DNA of 64,000 nucleotides from Azolla caroliniana (taxonomy: Eukaryota > Plantae > Polypodiophyta), in the NCBI GenBank assembly GCA_043228905.1, contig JBHGNT010000013.1, positions 6,200,001 through 6,264,000 of the forward strand, written 5' to 3'. The notes beneath the pieces were generated by a model. The model saw only the letters and a program-made list of their open reading frames with translations. It did no database searches and was not told the DNA's origin. Below are positions 36,301-50,179 of this stretch, piece by piece. The position numbers and the translations under genes are program-made. Within the stretch, counting starts at the first letter, position 1. The number at the start of each line of letters is the position of its first letter.

Positions 36301-37954
36301 CTCTGAAACGTGTCAGACATCCTTCAGTAAGAACTTGCATCCTGTTGGTGTCATCAACAACATATCTCCTATGCCGACAATTTCAGCATGTACCTTCATT
36401 CCCGATCCGGACACAAGCATGATCACCAACTGTGTAGGTTGAGAAGGATTTCCAATCCGGTGTCAGGTGGAACGATGCTCTGGAATCAACAACTCACGTT
36501 GTGTCGTCGCCGACAAGGTTTAACTCATTCTCTTCGGTAATGAGCATCAGTTCTTCCTCACTTGTCGTGATTGCCAATGTTCCCTTCCGATCCAGGCATC
36601 TCCGATCCAAACCATTTCGGTCCGAACTCTTCTTCGAATTGGTAGTGCCGGTTTCTTTCTCTTTCCGGAAATGCCGGCATTTCTTCTGGAAGTGCCCTAG
36701 CTTCCCACAGTAGAAGCAAGTAGGCCTCCCCCTTGACTTTGACCTTGTCCGCGATTTGTCCCGGTTTTGGGGACTCTGATACTGGCCTCTTCCCCGGTTG
36801 TGGTCATCTTCCGTGACCAAGGCCTTCGGATCGGTTCCAGACTCCCAGTCCTTCCGGCGAGCTTCTTCATCTAGAAAGCTTGATTTTACCCTTGCTAGGG
36901 ACAATTTTTTTCCTTCCAGCCCGGCATTACCCAATGTGACAACTAGCTTCTCCCAGCTATCCAGGAGGGAACAGAGCATGAGTAGTGCGAGTACCTCATC
37001 GGCGAGAGGTACTTCCAACCAGGTGGCTTGATGTATCAACCCCTGGAAGGCATTCATGTGATCTGCCATATTGGAGCCATCCTGGTACCGGAGCCTCACT
37101 AGCTTCTAGAATACCAAAACCCGATTAACAACATTCTTGTTTTGGAACATGATGCCGATCTTCTCCCAAATTTCATGAGCCTTACTTTCTTCATTGAAGT
37201 TGTTGTATAAGGTCATGTCGATGAAGCACCGGATATATGCCGTTGTCTTCATGTGCATCACCTCCCACACTATGGCATCAAAGATCTTTAACCACTAGCA
37301 TATCCCTCATCTTCGACTTCCACACTGAGTAGTTGGAGCCGATGAGCTTGAACATGCCGTCAAACGATTCTTCCATTTCCTGTTTTGTTCGCTCTGATAC
37401 CAAGTTGACGAGAATAGCGCGAAATATTGCTCAGCCACGACCAAGTCTTGAATCATTTCAATGAGAATCAAACACATTAATGGGAAGTAGAGAGTGAACG
37501 CACGTACACACACAAGCAACGATGTAGAACACAAGATTTTGACGTGGAAAACACTAATAGGGAAAAACCATGGGAGCCCACAGACTCCAAACTATCACTA
37601 TATAAGAAAGGTATAATCAGAGACTCAGAGGCAATGACCTCGAGCTCTGAATCTTCGCTAGGCGGTGGTTACAACAGAAGTCGTTCTGTATCTCACTCTC
37701 TCTCTATACAACAGTTATGCGCATACAACAATATGACAACAACCTTCTCACCTCTGTACCAAAGTGATTGCCCTAAGTCATATTTATACTTATATGAACT
37801 TTGGGCTATTTACAAATATAGCTTCAATAGGCTTACTCAAAAACATGTTTACAAATATGTCTTCACTTCCAGTTCACACCGGGTCCATCTGATACAATTT
37901 CCGGATCTCCTCATTCATAACCGTATCCCATCCGGAGGGACCGATTTCCCAACA
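33301..37954 (-). mobile_element. Ty1/copia family A, second copy, degenerate with truncated 3' LTR
   Basis: 5' LTR 37954-37406, PBS TGGTATCAGAGC at 37402-37391, and gag-PR-IN-RT-RH fragments homologous to 2091-5580. PPT at 33438-33427 and partial 3' LTR at 33426 to about 33301. Confidence 0.92.
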
Positions 37955-38463
37955 AGTTGTTGCATCAGATCGGAGCAAATCCGACATGGCTAGGAGCATC
38001 GAAGATGAACCTCCGGAGATGAGGTCGAAGTTGGCGAAGAGGGCCATGAAATTGGCGAACAAGAAGTTGCCCCGATCCATCTACCATAGGAACCCCGTCA
38101 TTCATTACAGATACAACGACTATATGGCACATGATTATGCGTATATGGCGAAGGTGGCCGAAGTGTGTGAGTTGGAGAGCTACGTAGAGGTGGTGTAAGA
38201 CACGAATTGGTGCGCTGTTATGGAGGAAGAGATGCACACTTTAACCAAAAATGAGGCATGGGACCTGGTTGACGCCCCCAAGGGTGTGAAATTGATCGAA
38301 TGCAAATGGGTGTATAAACTAAAATACAACATTGACGACTCGATGAAGAGGCACAAGGCTAGATTGGTGGCAAAGGACTATGCACAAGAACACGACATTG
38401 ATTACGATGAGACATTTGTGCCATTCGCGAAGATGACGATCGTCTGTGTCGTGCTAGCGGTAG
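37955..38463 (+). mobile_element. Ty1/copia family C fragment (integrase-RT junction), continues at 45359-45425
   Basis: CKWVYKLKYN...KARLVAKDYAQ...VVLAV resumes as [15 protein letters not shown] after the B2 TSD. Homologous to ORF 55778-56656. Confidence 0.85.
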
Positions 38464-41400
38464 TGTTATGTACACATAATGTTGGTGAGGGTAGGTCACC
38501 AATATTTACATTAGTGAAGGGTATGTTCACTAATGTTAAAAAGGGGACTAATGATTGGATAGAAGGAATGATAGGTGAATGCACTATCATGATTTGGACA
38601 ACCAATGAATGGAGAGCCTTTTAGAAAGGCACATCTATTCAAGGGGCCTAGGAAAAGGTATAAATATGAGGCTTAGCTACCCTCATAATCACATTACGTC
38701 AGAAGGTTGCTGTCTTAGACACCGGTGGTGCAGGTTAGGCTTTTGTCTGGACGATCGTGTTTATCTCTTCCAAGGTATTAGTCATCCTAATATCTAGCGG
38801 TATGGGACGTCGATGGTAGGTTGGCTATGTCTAGATCATAGCTCGGGGGTGGTCGGGTGGAATGGGTTCTTCTATCCATTCTATTTTCCTTCTTTTACTT
38901 TAGTTTGGTCTATTTATTAGTAATAGACTCTTAACAGTGGTATCAAAGCTTTTACTAACAATTTTTTTTGTTGTTTTGATGTTTTTTGCGTGTGAGCGAT
39001 GGGGATCTAACAAGGCTCATCATGCTCTTCATAGGATCAAAACAACATTCTTAACCCGGTATTCCTGTTTCTCAATCTCTCTTTTCTTTTCTATGATGCT
39101 TTCTTTTTGGTCATATGGAAGTGGTATTACTTTTTCTTTTCTTTTCTTTCTTCTTTCTACCATTGATCATACGATGTTAATCTACTTATGCATCGGGTCG
39201 AGAGTGTTTGCACTAATCTCACATGCTCAACTCATGGCCCTTTTGCATATTGTGATGTATCTCCCCTCTCTTGAGCCATCTCTTACGAGAATAATTATTC
39301 TTGTGCATCGGGTTGAGGATGTTTGCCCTAATTGCACACACTCACCTCATGGCCCTTTTGCATATGTTGTTGAGTATGCCATTCTTCCCTTTATTAGGCC
39401 ATCACTTGGCTGATTCTATGGGATGTTGTGGTCTTGACAAGCTGTATGTCACCTACCTATGCCACTCTACTCTCTATTGAGCCATCACTTGGCCGATTCT
39501 ATGGGATGTTGTGGCCTTAATGAGGTATATGTCGCTTACCTATGCCACTTTACTCTTTATTGAGCCATCAATTGGCCGATTCAAGGGAGATGTGGTGGTC
39601 TTGACGAGGTGCATGTCAACTACCTAATTGATTATTATTCTAATTAATTTCTAATTACACAAATTTTCGTTTCACTTTTGTATGGTTTTCTAGTAATTGT
39701 CATTTACCCACCCACAATTAACTCTCTTTCTTGCCCTTATTTTAAGTTCATCTACACTATTTACGTACGTTTAATGGTGTAACGATTCATGTAGACTATT
39801 TTTTAATATTGAGTGGACATCATACCATTTTTTGAACGATTTTTTCCAGCGGCTCATCTAGGTTTAACTCATATTATCAAGCCTTAGAACTCGAGTAAAA
39901 CCACATGAGTTCCCCTATTCATGTTTTACTCATAGATTTCCACCGCCACTTGTATCAATTTGTGGCTTATGTCACAATTGTGCAAATTACAACCACCATA
40001 TTGGGATGTATATGTGCATACCTCGCACCATCCATTTATTTGTGAATTTTTTTTTTCGTAGGTAACACATGGGTTTTTTTACCCTTGTTTTCGTCATTGC
40101 TTGATTCTTATGGGTAGTGCCTTATTTTATCGTTTTTTTCATAACATTTGCTTGTTACTCGCAAGACTAGAATATTACTTGCGAGTGCACTTGTTTTTTC
40201 ACGTAATACACTTTCTGGACCATATCAATACATGTTGTGTTGGCATTCTAATATAAGGCTAACTAGGAAACTACGTTGATGTTAGAACCATGGTTGAGCC
40301 TCGGGAAGCCGCCATGATTATTCAAGATAGAGATCCGAGAAAGACATCTTAGCTATGTTTTCCCCCATGGTTTTTAAAAAACCATAGTGTTACCATAGTT
40401 ATCGGATCACGAATCACATCTCATATGTCTAGAGGGGTAAAGACGTGAGATGCTTTCTTGGTAAAGTTCTTACAATCAAAATTTCAAGCATTCATTTTGC
40501 TTGTGTATTTTCTGAACCTCCTTATTTATATTCCATACCCATAGCTTGCATCATGGAACAAGTTTTGAACGTTGTTGGAGCAATCTCTCTGACCGAGACC
40601 TCTCAACTCCAATCCGCATCTCGTACGCAAGCTGAGATCACTATTGAGCAATTGCTCACTACTACCTTGAATCAATTGGCCGAAATGAGGCAAACCAATA
40701 TGGCATTGGAAAAGAAATTCCAAGAATTGACTATTGTGTCCAAGAAAGAAGGTGAGCCTTCTTTCGTAGTAACGCCATTCAAGGGAGATAAGAAAGAAAG
40801 AACCGAGGAGGCCATTAGCACTTGGCTTGGTCGTTGGGAGTCTCACTTTGAGCTCCACCCCAAGCCCGATGCTGTAAAAATTGGTTACATCGATCGTGAG
40901 TTAGGTGGTTGAGCTGCTGCTTGGTGGCGCGACCTAAGGACTGCAAAGAACTTACCCACAACTTGGGAAGGTTTCGTTGATGTTTTTAAGAAACAGTTTT
41001 TGCAGCCACCTTCTCAAACAGTTCCGTTGCCGAGTAAGCCATTTACCTCTCTTGAGGATTATGTGCATCATGCTCGGACCCAGATCCAAAAATCGAGACT
41101 TATGGGTGAGAAATGGTTTGTTGCTTGCTTTTTGAATGTTATTCCTAATGGACCCCACAACTTTTGAGGAAGCCATCAACATTGTAATTCAGTACCATAG
41201 GACTTCCAAGAAAGACCACAATAAACCTGAGTTCGCCAAAACTCTAAATGTCAAGTTCATTGGGAAACGTAAGCAATCCAATGACACTCTTGACCACGAC
41301 ACCAAGAAACCTAACCTCTTTTGTGCATATTGCAAGAAACGGGGCCACACAAAGGATACCTGTCGTCGTCTTCAGAGGAAGTCAATGAACACCCCTCCTC

Positions 41401-44400
41401 AAGACAAATCTACGAGTCACATAGGTGATTCTTTTGATGTTGTTGAAGTTCATACCAACCACTTAAGTTCATGTGAATGCACTTTTCCTTCACATTTACT
41501 TGGACCTAATGATTTACTCCGAGCAGTTAGGTATATCAATGGAACACAAGCACATTTCTTGTTTGATTCCGGTAGTTTTCACAATTTTCTTAATGATCAT
41601 TTTGTGCAGCAAATGGAACTCCACATAAACGCAAGGGATCATATCTATGAAGTTCACATGGCAAATGGAAGTGTTTAATACATCAGTGGCATTGTTTGTC
41701 AACTGCCAATTCAAATAGATACCTATTTGGAGAAGCTTGACTTTCATGTTATGAAACTACAATCCGCAGATGTCATTTTAGGATACCCTTGGTTTTTTAA
41801 TAAAAACCCTTCGTTGTCCATTGATTTGGTTAATCACTCAATCAAATTTGAACTTAATAATTGTAAACATTTTATTCAATGTTCCAAACTTCCTTCTCGT
41901 TCACTTGTATCTTCTAAAACTTTAAGTGAGTATTCCAGTTCATTAATTTATTTGTGTGTAATTGATCCTGCGCTTCAATTTTATTATTTTAATATTGACG
42001 CCACACAATTACCATGTTATGAACAACGATTACTCGACTCTATTTTAGACGATTTTCAAGACGTGTTTCCTAACAAATTGCCACTTACTTTACCACCAGA
42101 ACGTAATGTGGACCATCAAATTGAACTCATTCCTGGTGCTGCTCCTGTGAGCATGCCACCTTACCGACTTAGTCAATTAGCAGAGGATGAGATCGCTAAA
42201 CAACTTAAGGAATACTTGAGTATGGGCCACATTAGGTATAGTAAATCACCTTGGGGTGCGCCAGTTCTATTAGTTAAGAAGAAGGAAGGTTCATGGCGAA
42301 TGTGTATCAATTATCGCCGTTTGAATAAAATGACAATTAAAAATGCATATCCGTTACCTCGTGCCAATGATTTGATTGATCGTTTGCATGGGGCTCAATA
42401 TTTTACGAAAATTGACTTATGAACAGGTTATCATCATATTCACATTGCCGAGGATGATATTCCTAAAACCGCTTTTCGTACGTGCTATGGCCATTACGAG
42501 TTTTTAGTCATGCCTTTCGGGTTGACTAATGCTCCAGCCACATTCCAACAAGCGATGAATGACGTTTTCCGAGATCAACTAATTGATTTTGTTGTTGTCT
42601 TCTTGGATGATATTTTGATATATAGCCATACCTTGCAAGATCATGTTCAACATGTTCGATTTGTTTTGCAAAAGTTGCATGACAACTCTTTCCATGCAAA
42701 ACATTCAAAATTTGATTTTTTCGAAAATTCTATTGTGTACCTAGGTCATTTAATTACGGAAAATGGTGTTGAAATTGAACCTTCTCATATTGAAAAGGTT
42801 AAACTTTGGCCCATTCCTTATAATATTTGTGAACTGCGATCATTCTTAGGGTTTGTTGGATTTTTACGAAAATCAATTCGCAACTATTCCAAATTGACTA
42901 CGCCATTAACTGACCTTTTAAAAGGTCATCCACGTAAGTCTGTCAAACCAATTGCATGGAATGAACAACTTGACAAATCATTTGAGACACTCAAAGAGAA
43001 TGTGTGTCAGGCTCCCAGTCTTCTATTACCAGACCCTTCTAAGCCTTTGTCAATCGAAACTGATGCTAGTAATTATGCTATCGGTGCCATTCTTTATCAT
43101 GACGGTCATCCTATTGCTTTTGAAAGTAAGAAGCTTGATGCTGCTCAATCTTGGTATTTGGTTCAAGAGAAAGAGTTGTTTGCGGTAATACATGCACTTA
43201 AAACATGGAGGCACTATCTCTATGGAAATAAATTTGTGATTACAACAAACCACGAATCATTGAGGTATTTTTGTGACCAGCCAAATCTTGTTGGTTGTAA
43301 AGGTCATTGGGCTGACCTTATGCAAGATTTTGATTTTTCCATATGGTATTGCAAGGGTTCTATGATCATTGTTTCGGGTGCTCTTAGTCTCACTAAAGAA
43401 GTTAACATGCTTAGCTCCATGGAAATAAAATCTGATCTTTTAGATCACATTCGAGGGATATACCTTGATGACAGTTATTTTTCGAAATACTGGTCGAAAG
43501 CCGAATCTGGTTTAGATGCCGATACTAGCACCCTACCGTCGAAGGCGACCTTTTACATTACAAATGGTTTGCTCTACCGTAGTAGAAAGGTCTGTGTTCT
43601 AGATTTACCAAACGTAAAACAAAAATTTCATCATGAATGTCATGATGCACCATCTGCTGGTCATCCTGGAATACAACACACACTCGTTCTCATGTCGAGT
43701 ACTTTTTCTGGGCCTAAGATGCCTCTGACGTGCATAAATACGTAACTCAATGCTTACAATGTTAGATTAATAATTCAAAACGATTTAAAGGTGCAGGTCT
43801 TTTACATCCCTTAGATATTCCCAACAACAAATGGGAAAGTATCTCGATGGATTTTATTGTTAGTTTACCTCGTACACAGAGGGGTCATGATGTCATTTGG
43901 GTTGTCGTTGATGGACTAACAAAATTGGCTAGATTTATTACTAGCAAAACCATGGTAACTACTCAACAATTGGCTTATCAATTTGTTGATGAGTTATTTC
44001 GTTTTTATGGATTGCCGATGGATATTGTTAGTGATCGAGATTCCAAGTTTACTAGTGACTTTTGGACTCAAGTATTTAAGAAACTAGAAACTACGTTGAG
44101 CATGAGTTCCGCAGATCATCCTGAGTCTAATGGGACACGCTTTGAGCTTATGTAGCAAAAACCCCTTCTAAGTGGGACAATACCTTCCTATCTTAGAATT
44201 TGCCTAAAATAGCTCTAAACATACATCCACTGGATATAGTCCTTTTATGTTGATGTATGGTTTTTAGCCATGTGCCCCAGTTGATGTCACGATTCATCGT
44301 GATAAATTAGACAGTACGCGCAATTTTTTGCAAGACATGAACCAAATGTTGCATATTGCCAAAGAGAATGTCAAGATAGCTCAAGATCGTGCTCGATTTT

Positions 44401-45358
44401 ATGCTGATCAGGATAGATGTCCTCGTGCATAAATACTATTGGTCAAAAAGTATTTTTGCGTGTCCCTACTGACTCTACGTCATTATCTATGGGCAAGTGC
44501 TCTAAGTTAGCCCCACGATATTGTGGCCCATTTGAAATCCTTACGCGGGTTGGGTCATCTGCTTATCACCTTGCCTTACCCCGTAACGTTGGTATTCATC
44601 CTGTTTTTCACATCGGTCGTCTAAAACCATTTTTAGGCTCTGCTGATAACACCATCACAGCCCAAGATCTTGTAACATTAGAGGAGTTTTCTTACAAATC
44701 TCATCTTCCTGAATGAATTCTTGATTCTCGTACTAAACGTTTACATTCTAAAGAGATTCGGCTATTGAAGATCAAATGGATGGATAAACCTATTGATGAT
44801 GCCACATGAGAATGCGAGCATACTCTTAAGGCACAATTTCCTCACTTTATATTGCAAGAGTGCAATCTTTTGAAGTAGGGGAGTATGTTATGTACACATA
44901 ATGTTGGTGAGGGTAGGTCACCAATATTTACATTAGTGAAGGGTATGTTCACTAATGTTAAAAAGGGGACTAATGATTGGATAGAAGGAATGATAGGTGC
45001 ATGCACTATCATGATTTGGACAACCAATGAATGGAGAGCCTTTTAGAAAGGCACATCTATTCAAGGGGCCTAGGAAAAAGTATAAATATGAGGCTTACCT
45101 ACCCTCATAATCACATTACATCAGAAGGTTGTTGTCTTAGACATCGGTGGTGCGGGCTAGGCTTTTGTCTGGACGATCGTGTTTATCTCTTCCAAGGTAT
45201 TAGTCATCCTAATATCCGGGGGTATGGGACGTCGGTGGTAGGTTGGCTATGTCTAGATCATAGCTCGGGGGTGGTCGGGTGGAACGGGTTCTTCTATCCA
45301 TTCTATTTTCCTTCTTTTACTTTAGTTTGGTCTATTGATTAGTAATAGACTCTTAACA
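38464..45358 (+). mobile_element. Full-length Ty3/gypsy chromovirus B2 (relative of B1)
   Basis: 473-bp LTRs at 38464-38936 and 44886-45358 (TG...CA). TSD GGTAG at 38459-38463 and 45359-45363. PBS TGGTATCAAAGC at 38938 and PPT before 44886. Confidence 0.96.
40553..44885 (+). pseudogene. gag-pol of B2, heavily disrupted
   Basis: Collinear with B1 (CAYCKKRGHTKDTC, LFDSGS, FLDDILIYS, ETDASNYA, YCGPF, chromodomain remnant) with many stops. Confidence 0.92.
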
Positions 45359-45425
45359 GGTAGCCATGGCAAAGGGGTGGCATCTACATCAAATGGATGT
45401 AAAGAATTCATTCCTACAAGGCAAG

Positions 45426-46898
45426 TATTGAGAAGCAAGCTCAACATGGGCCGGATAGATTGAAGAAGCCGAGAGCCGGATCAGATGACGACCAGCTAGG
45501 CCCGGATCGGCTGAAGAAGCTGGAAGCCGGATCAGACAAAGACTGATCGGCTGGGCCGGATCGGCATGGAGCCGGCATACCATTGGGAACAATATTCCTC
45601 GAAGGAATATTTTTGGGAGTTAGTGTCAATAGCTCATTTATGAGCATCGAAGTACTTGACAGTACTTCTGTAAGTTCTTTAAGGACTTGTATAAAATGTG
45701 TTCGGTGAGAACATTGTATATATACACAGAGATATTATTTTTGTATTGAAGTTTTTATTTTTTGCTATCTCCGTCTCTCCCTCTTACTGTGTATCTCCAC
45801 ATTCTCTGTGTTTTCTCTATTGTTATCCGGGTGATCCGGTCATGTTGATCATAATCTTCTACATATGAAACTCTTCTCATGGTATCATAGCTTGAGGGTT
45901 GAGAATCGTTCGCTGCCGACAAGCGCTTTAACACAGAAAAGCTTTAGTTCCTAGACAAGTACACACAAGAAGAAGAAAATGGATAGAGCAATAAATGTTG
46001 CTTATCCGACAAAGAAGTTGGACAAAAGCAACTACGCATATTGGGAATACAAGATGCACCGGGCATGGCTATTGGAGTTACATCCATGGAGAAAACGAAA
46101 TAGCGTCGTAATTGGCACACAAGGATTTTCCAACGTGTAAGCAGGAGGCAAGTAGGATCTTATACTACCTCGCATCCTGTGTGCACAATCAAATGTTGGG
46201 CTACATTCGGAATGCAAAGACGTCGAAGAAGGCCTAAGAAAATCTGACGAAGATTTTCGCCGCGAGTACCATGACCTGCAAGTTGCAGCTTAATCACAAG
46301 CTCAACAATATCTGACAAAAGGATATGACGTTGACCGACTACAACACGAAGATCAAGGAAATCTGTGATGCCTTGTGGTCCATCAATGTGATGGTGGACG
46401 AGGACGAAATGGTACAAATTTTCCTTGGTGGTCTAGCTCAAAGGTACAAACCGATCCGGACTGCTATTTGGACGAGGGAGAAACCACTGTCATTTTCAAC
46501 CTAAAATTGATGCTTATGGTCGAAGAAAACCACACAAGTGCATCAAGGAGCACATAGTCGGATAGCCAAATCTTGTACACGGAGACGGATGGGCCTTGTG
46601 GTCGTGGAGAATGCACAGTGGATCGGCATGCAATGGTAGTGGCTGACAAGAGCAGAATTAGAGGCAAAATCAACGTGCCGACAACAGTTCTGGTTCCTCC
46701 ACGAGCAGGGGGGGGTCAAGGCGGTGCCGGAAACTGGCAAGGGAAAGTTGTGATGGACTGTTGGTATTGTAGCCAAAAAGGCCACAATGAAAGCGAGTGC
46801 TAGAAAAAGAAGGCCGATTCGGACAAATCCGGATCAGGTAGAGACGAACAGGCAAATCGGCAGCAATCACACTACAAAGAAGGCTCAAGAGGAGTTGG
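45426..46898 (+). mobile_element. Copia family C-like 5' portion (LTR 45426-45879, PBS, degenerate gag)
   Basis: LTR similar to the reverse complement of 59130-59547, PBS-like TGGTATCATAGC at 45880, and knuckle CWYCSQKGHNESEC. Confidence 0.8.
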
Positions 46899-49800
46899 TG
46901 TCGTCAAGTAGGAAAGCTTCACATTTGAAGTCTACAATAAGATAAATACATAACTAAAATAAAAAGAATCATGATAGTGTATTATACAGAAGGATCATTG
47001 GAACGAAGCACTCTGATAATATTATACATTATATGTAGAGACAAATAAAGAGAAAATTACTACATTATATGGGTAAGAGAGGACATGAACCAACAACCTC
47101 CACATTATGAGACTCATACGTTACCATTTAGCCAATACTTGTAATGTGTAAAAATATATGTGTTATCTAATTTGAACTAATATAGGATAGTCTAAACCAT
47201 GCAATGTACTATATGTGCACCATATAGCACACACACAAGAGCCTCTCTACATGTAAAAGGAAAAGGGAGTATAGTCACAAGGATATACCAATCACATGGA
47301 AGAGAACTATATTGTATGAGATATCGATCAAATCGAATAGAGTTATATTGTAAGAGATATAATAGAGAAAGAGGAAAGAAAGTGAAAATGATATGTAGTG
47401 TTGAAAGATAAGAGAAGAACTACCTTAACGGTTGTAGTGTTGAACTCAAAATGAAAGGGTGGAGGTTTGAGTCTTATCTTCATCGGGAGATAGAAGGGAA
47501 GATTGTGGTCTGCTATCAAGAAGGAGAAGAGTGATGCCCTTGTGAGACAAAGTGCAAAGGTACCACGATGCTCGCAACAATTTTGTAACTCTTTCATCAA
47601 ATAATTATAAATTTGTTACATTCCCTCAAATATCATTTTACATCCTATCTTGTTGATCGCTACTTATTACATATCTACTCTTTTCATGTCTTTTGTCCAA
47701 AATCCCAACAATTCCTTCCTTACTTTCACATTATCTTTTGTCTATGCAATGCTACGCTTCTGGGTGACCCACGCCATGACAAAATTTGATGAACCTGACG
47801 TGAAATGGGGAAGTAGAAGAGACATCTAAAGTAAAGATAAACATCAACATGGCAACTATGAGTACAATGGATCCGGTAAGGTTGTTTATTGAAAAGTTGA
47901 ATCAAGGTCAATTATTTCATGCCGTACGAGAAGTCTAAGAGAAGATTGGTGTGTTTGATTGCAGAAATATTTCAAAGTTCTTGAATATATATTATGATGA
48001 AATAGATATGTCTAGTGTAAATGATGTAAATATGATAGCAAACTTTTATAAAATTAGTGGACATAGTTAAGAGATGGAATTCATGAAATACAAACATTGC
48101 ATAGTTTGGATTGGAATGCATTCTAAGAAACACTTGTGTTTGAATATGCTCGTGAAGATTTCTCTTGAGTTACTATGCGTTCATTCCATGAATGGGTCTT
48201 AAAAGAAGATAAAGGATTATCTATGGCTGACACAAAAAAACAAGTTTGATAGATTGTATGGACACTTAAAGCCGGAAGAAAGAAATGTTTTGTCCTGGGA
48301 AAAGGTTGCTTTATTTTTGCAGTCAGTTGAAATGAAATATAGAAAGGAGTTGGAACTTATGCTTGAAGTAGCAAATACCAAGGATGGTATAATTGTAGAT
48401 TGGAATGAGGTAACAAATGCTTGTAATCAATTTATGAAAAGAATGCAAAGGAATGGTGCAATGCTACAAATATCACATGTGGGAATCACGAATCACCTCG
48501 AGCGAAACATCAAAGTTCAAAGACTTGGTCGAGAACCTTCTCACAAAATGGTGCATCAACCACGAGAAATGAGCGACACTAAGAGTGATTCTTTGCTTGA
48601 TGATTTAGTTCAAAGTATGAAAGATTTAACAATTAAGGTGGCAAAGCTTGAGAATGGTCAGACTTCGAGGTCAAGGGAACCATTTCGACCTCGATGCATG
48701 TGGTGCGATAGTCTCGAACATCGATTATGTGACTGTGAGGAATATAAAGAGATGGAAAATCGAGACTCGGTCTATTGGAAAAATGGTAAGATTTACTTAA
48801 CTGAAACTAGGAGTCCGCTTACAAAGAACTTTGGTGATGGTGGTGTGAAGGTTATAGAAGAAGCTAAAGTAAGTAAGGTTTCTGCAGTGTACTATTCGGG
48901 AACGATAGGAGTGCATCTCGATGACACACCATGCTGATCATCATTTTGGGAGAAGGTTGTAAGTTACGTACAAAAGCAAAAGTTGAAGATCGAAGACCTT
49001 CGTGTTGTCGGAGATTCTGTAAGGGAAAACACTTGATGGGATGTTCCTGTAGAGGGTATGAAAGTCTATGCTTAGATGACGAAACACCAAGACCATGAGG
49101 TGATAATGGAAGAGAAAAGGAAAAGGCCGGATGATGAGATTGGCTCGACCAAAAAGCATGAAACAAGAGAAAGCAAAAGAAAAGAGATGGACACAAAAGT
49201 CCAAAAAGGTAAATTTGTTCCTTCATTCAAATTAATGTCTGATATTGAAAAAGATACAGATTTAAAAAAACAAATAGAAACAAGAATACTAGACAGTCGA
49301 GTAGAATTCACACCAAGAGAAGTGTTAGGTATTACAAAAAAGGAATTTCATGAGGAAATCATTGATATTGTGTGAAGAAAGAAGCAAGTTAATGAGCAGG
49401 TTAAAGAGAAAAATCCAAAGGTGGCACATGTAGTGGTGAGCAATGAGTCAGACAATGTCATTGTCGATTCTCAACATGCATCAACCTCAATGGTAAGTTC
49501 AATTGATGCAAGAAACCACTACTCTTGCAAATGTTGGGCAAGCGCCACTACTGAGCATCATGTGAAGATTGGAAATGTTCTAGATCCGGTGATGGCGCTT
49601 ATTGATCATGGTTCTGAAATAAATATAATGAGTGTTGATTTTTACAAGAAAGGTAGATGGACAATTGATGCTCAACATGGTTGGCGAGAAAAAGCAACCA
49701 CATCAGTCACCAAAGATTTATTCGGTGCATGCCCAAATGTAAAGGTTACTATTGGTGATATAGAAGTAGATCAACATTTCTTTGTGCAGGAAGGATCTAC

Positions 49801-50050
49801 CTATCCAATAAACTTCGGACAACCATACATCACAACAATACGGATGGAGTCCAAAGTCTGCGACAATGGTTTTGCCTATACTAAAATCCATAACCAAGAT
49901 AGGTGATGACCTATACAGTTTATTACAGTTCACCCAAATCATGAGAGGAACAAGCAAGAGCTTTGTGATCATTGGATACCAAAAGAATGTGATGATTCTA
50001 ATAATTAGGTTTTTTACTGGGAATGTTGCAAATGAGGGTTGCAATAGTCC
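46899..50050 (+). mobile_element. Non-chromovirus gypsy 5' portion (LTR about 46899-47781, degenerate gag and protease)
   Basis: TGTCGT...ATGACA LTR-like block, knuckle RCMWCDSLEHRLCDC and protease ALIDHGSEINIMS...FGQPY. 3' end truncated. Confidence 0.7.
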
Positions 50051-50179
50051 CATTATTAAAAGACCCTCATATGGGGCATTACAACATATGAATAAGTCAT
50101 TTCATGTTTCTGAAAGTGATGCTATATGTGTGACTAGGATGTATGAATGCAAGAGGAACTTGAAAAAGAATGCAAATTC

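Noticed and set aside
38937-39413. Hydrophobic 158-aa ORF as an env-like or extra gene in B2
   Set aside because: Starts at the PBS in a T-rich leader, spans tandem repeats and has no counterpart in B1.
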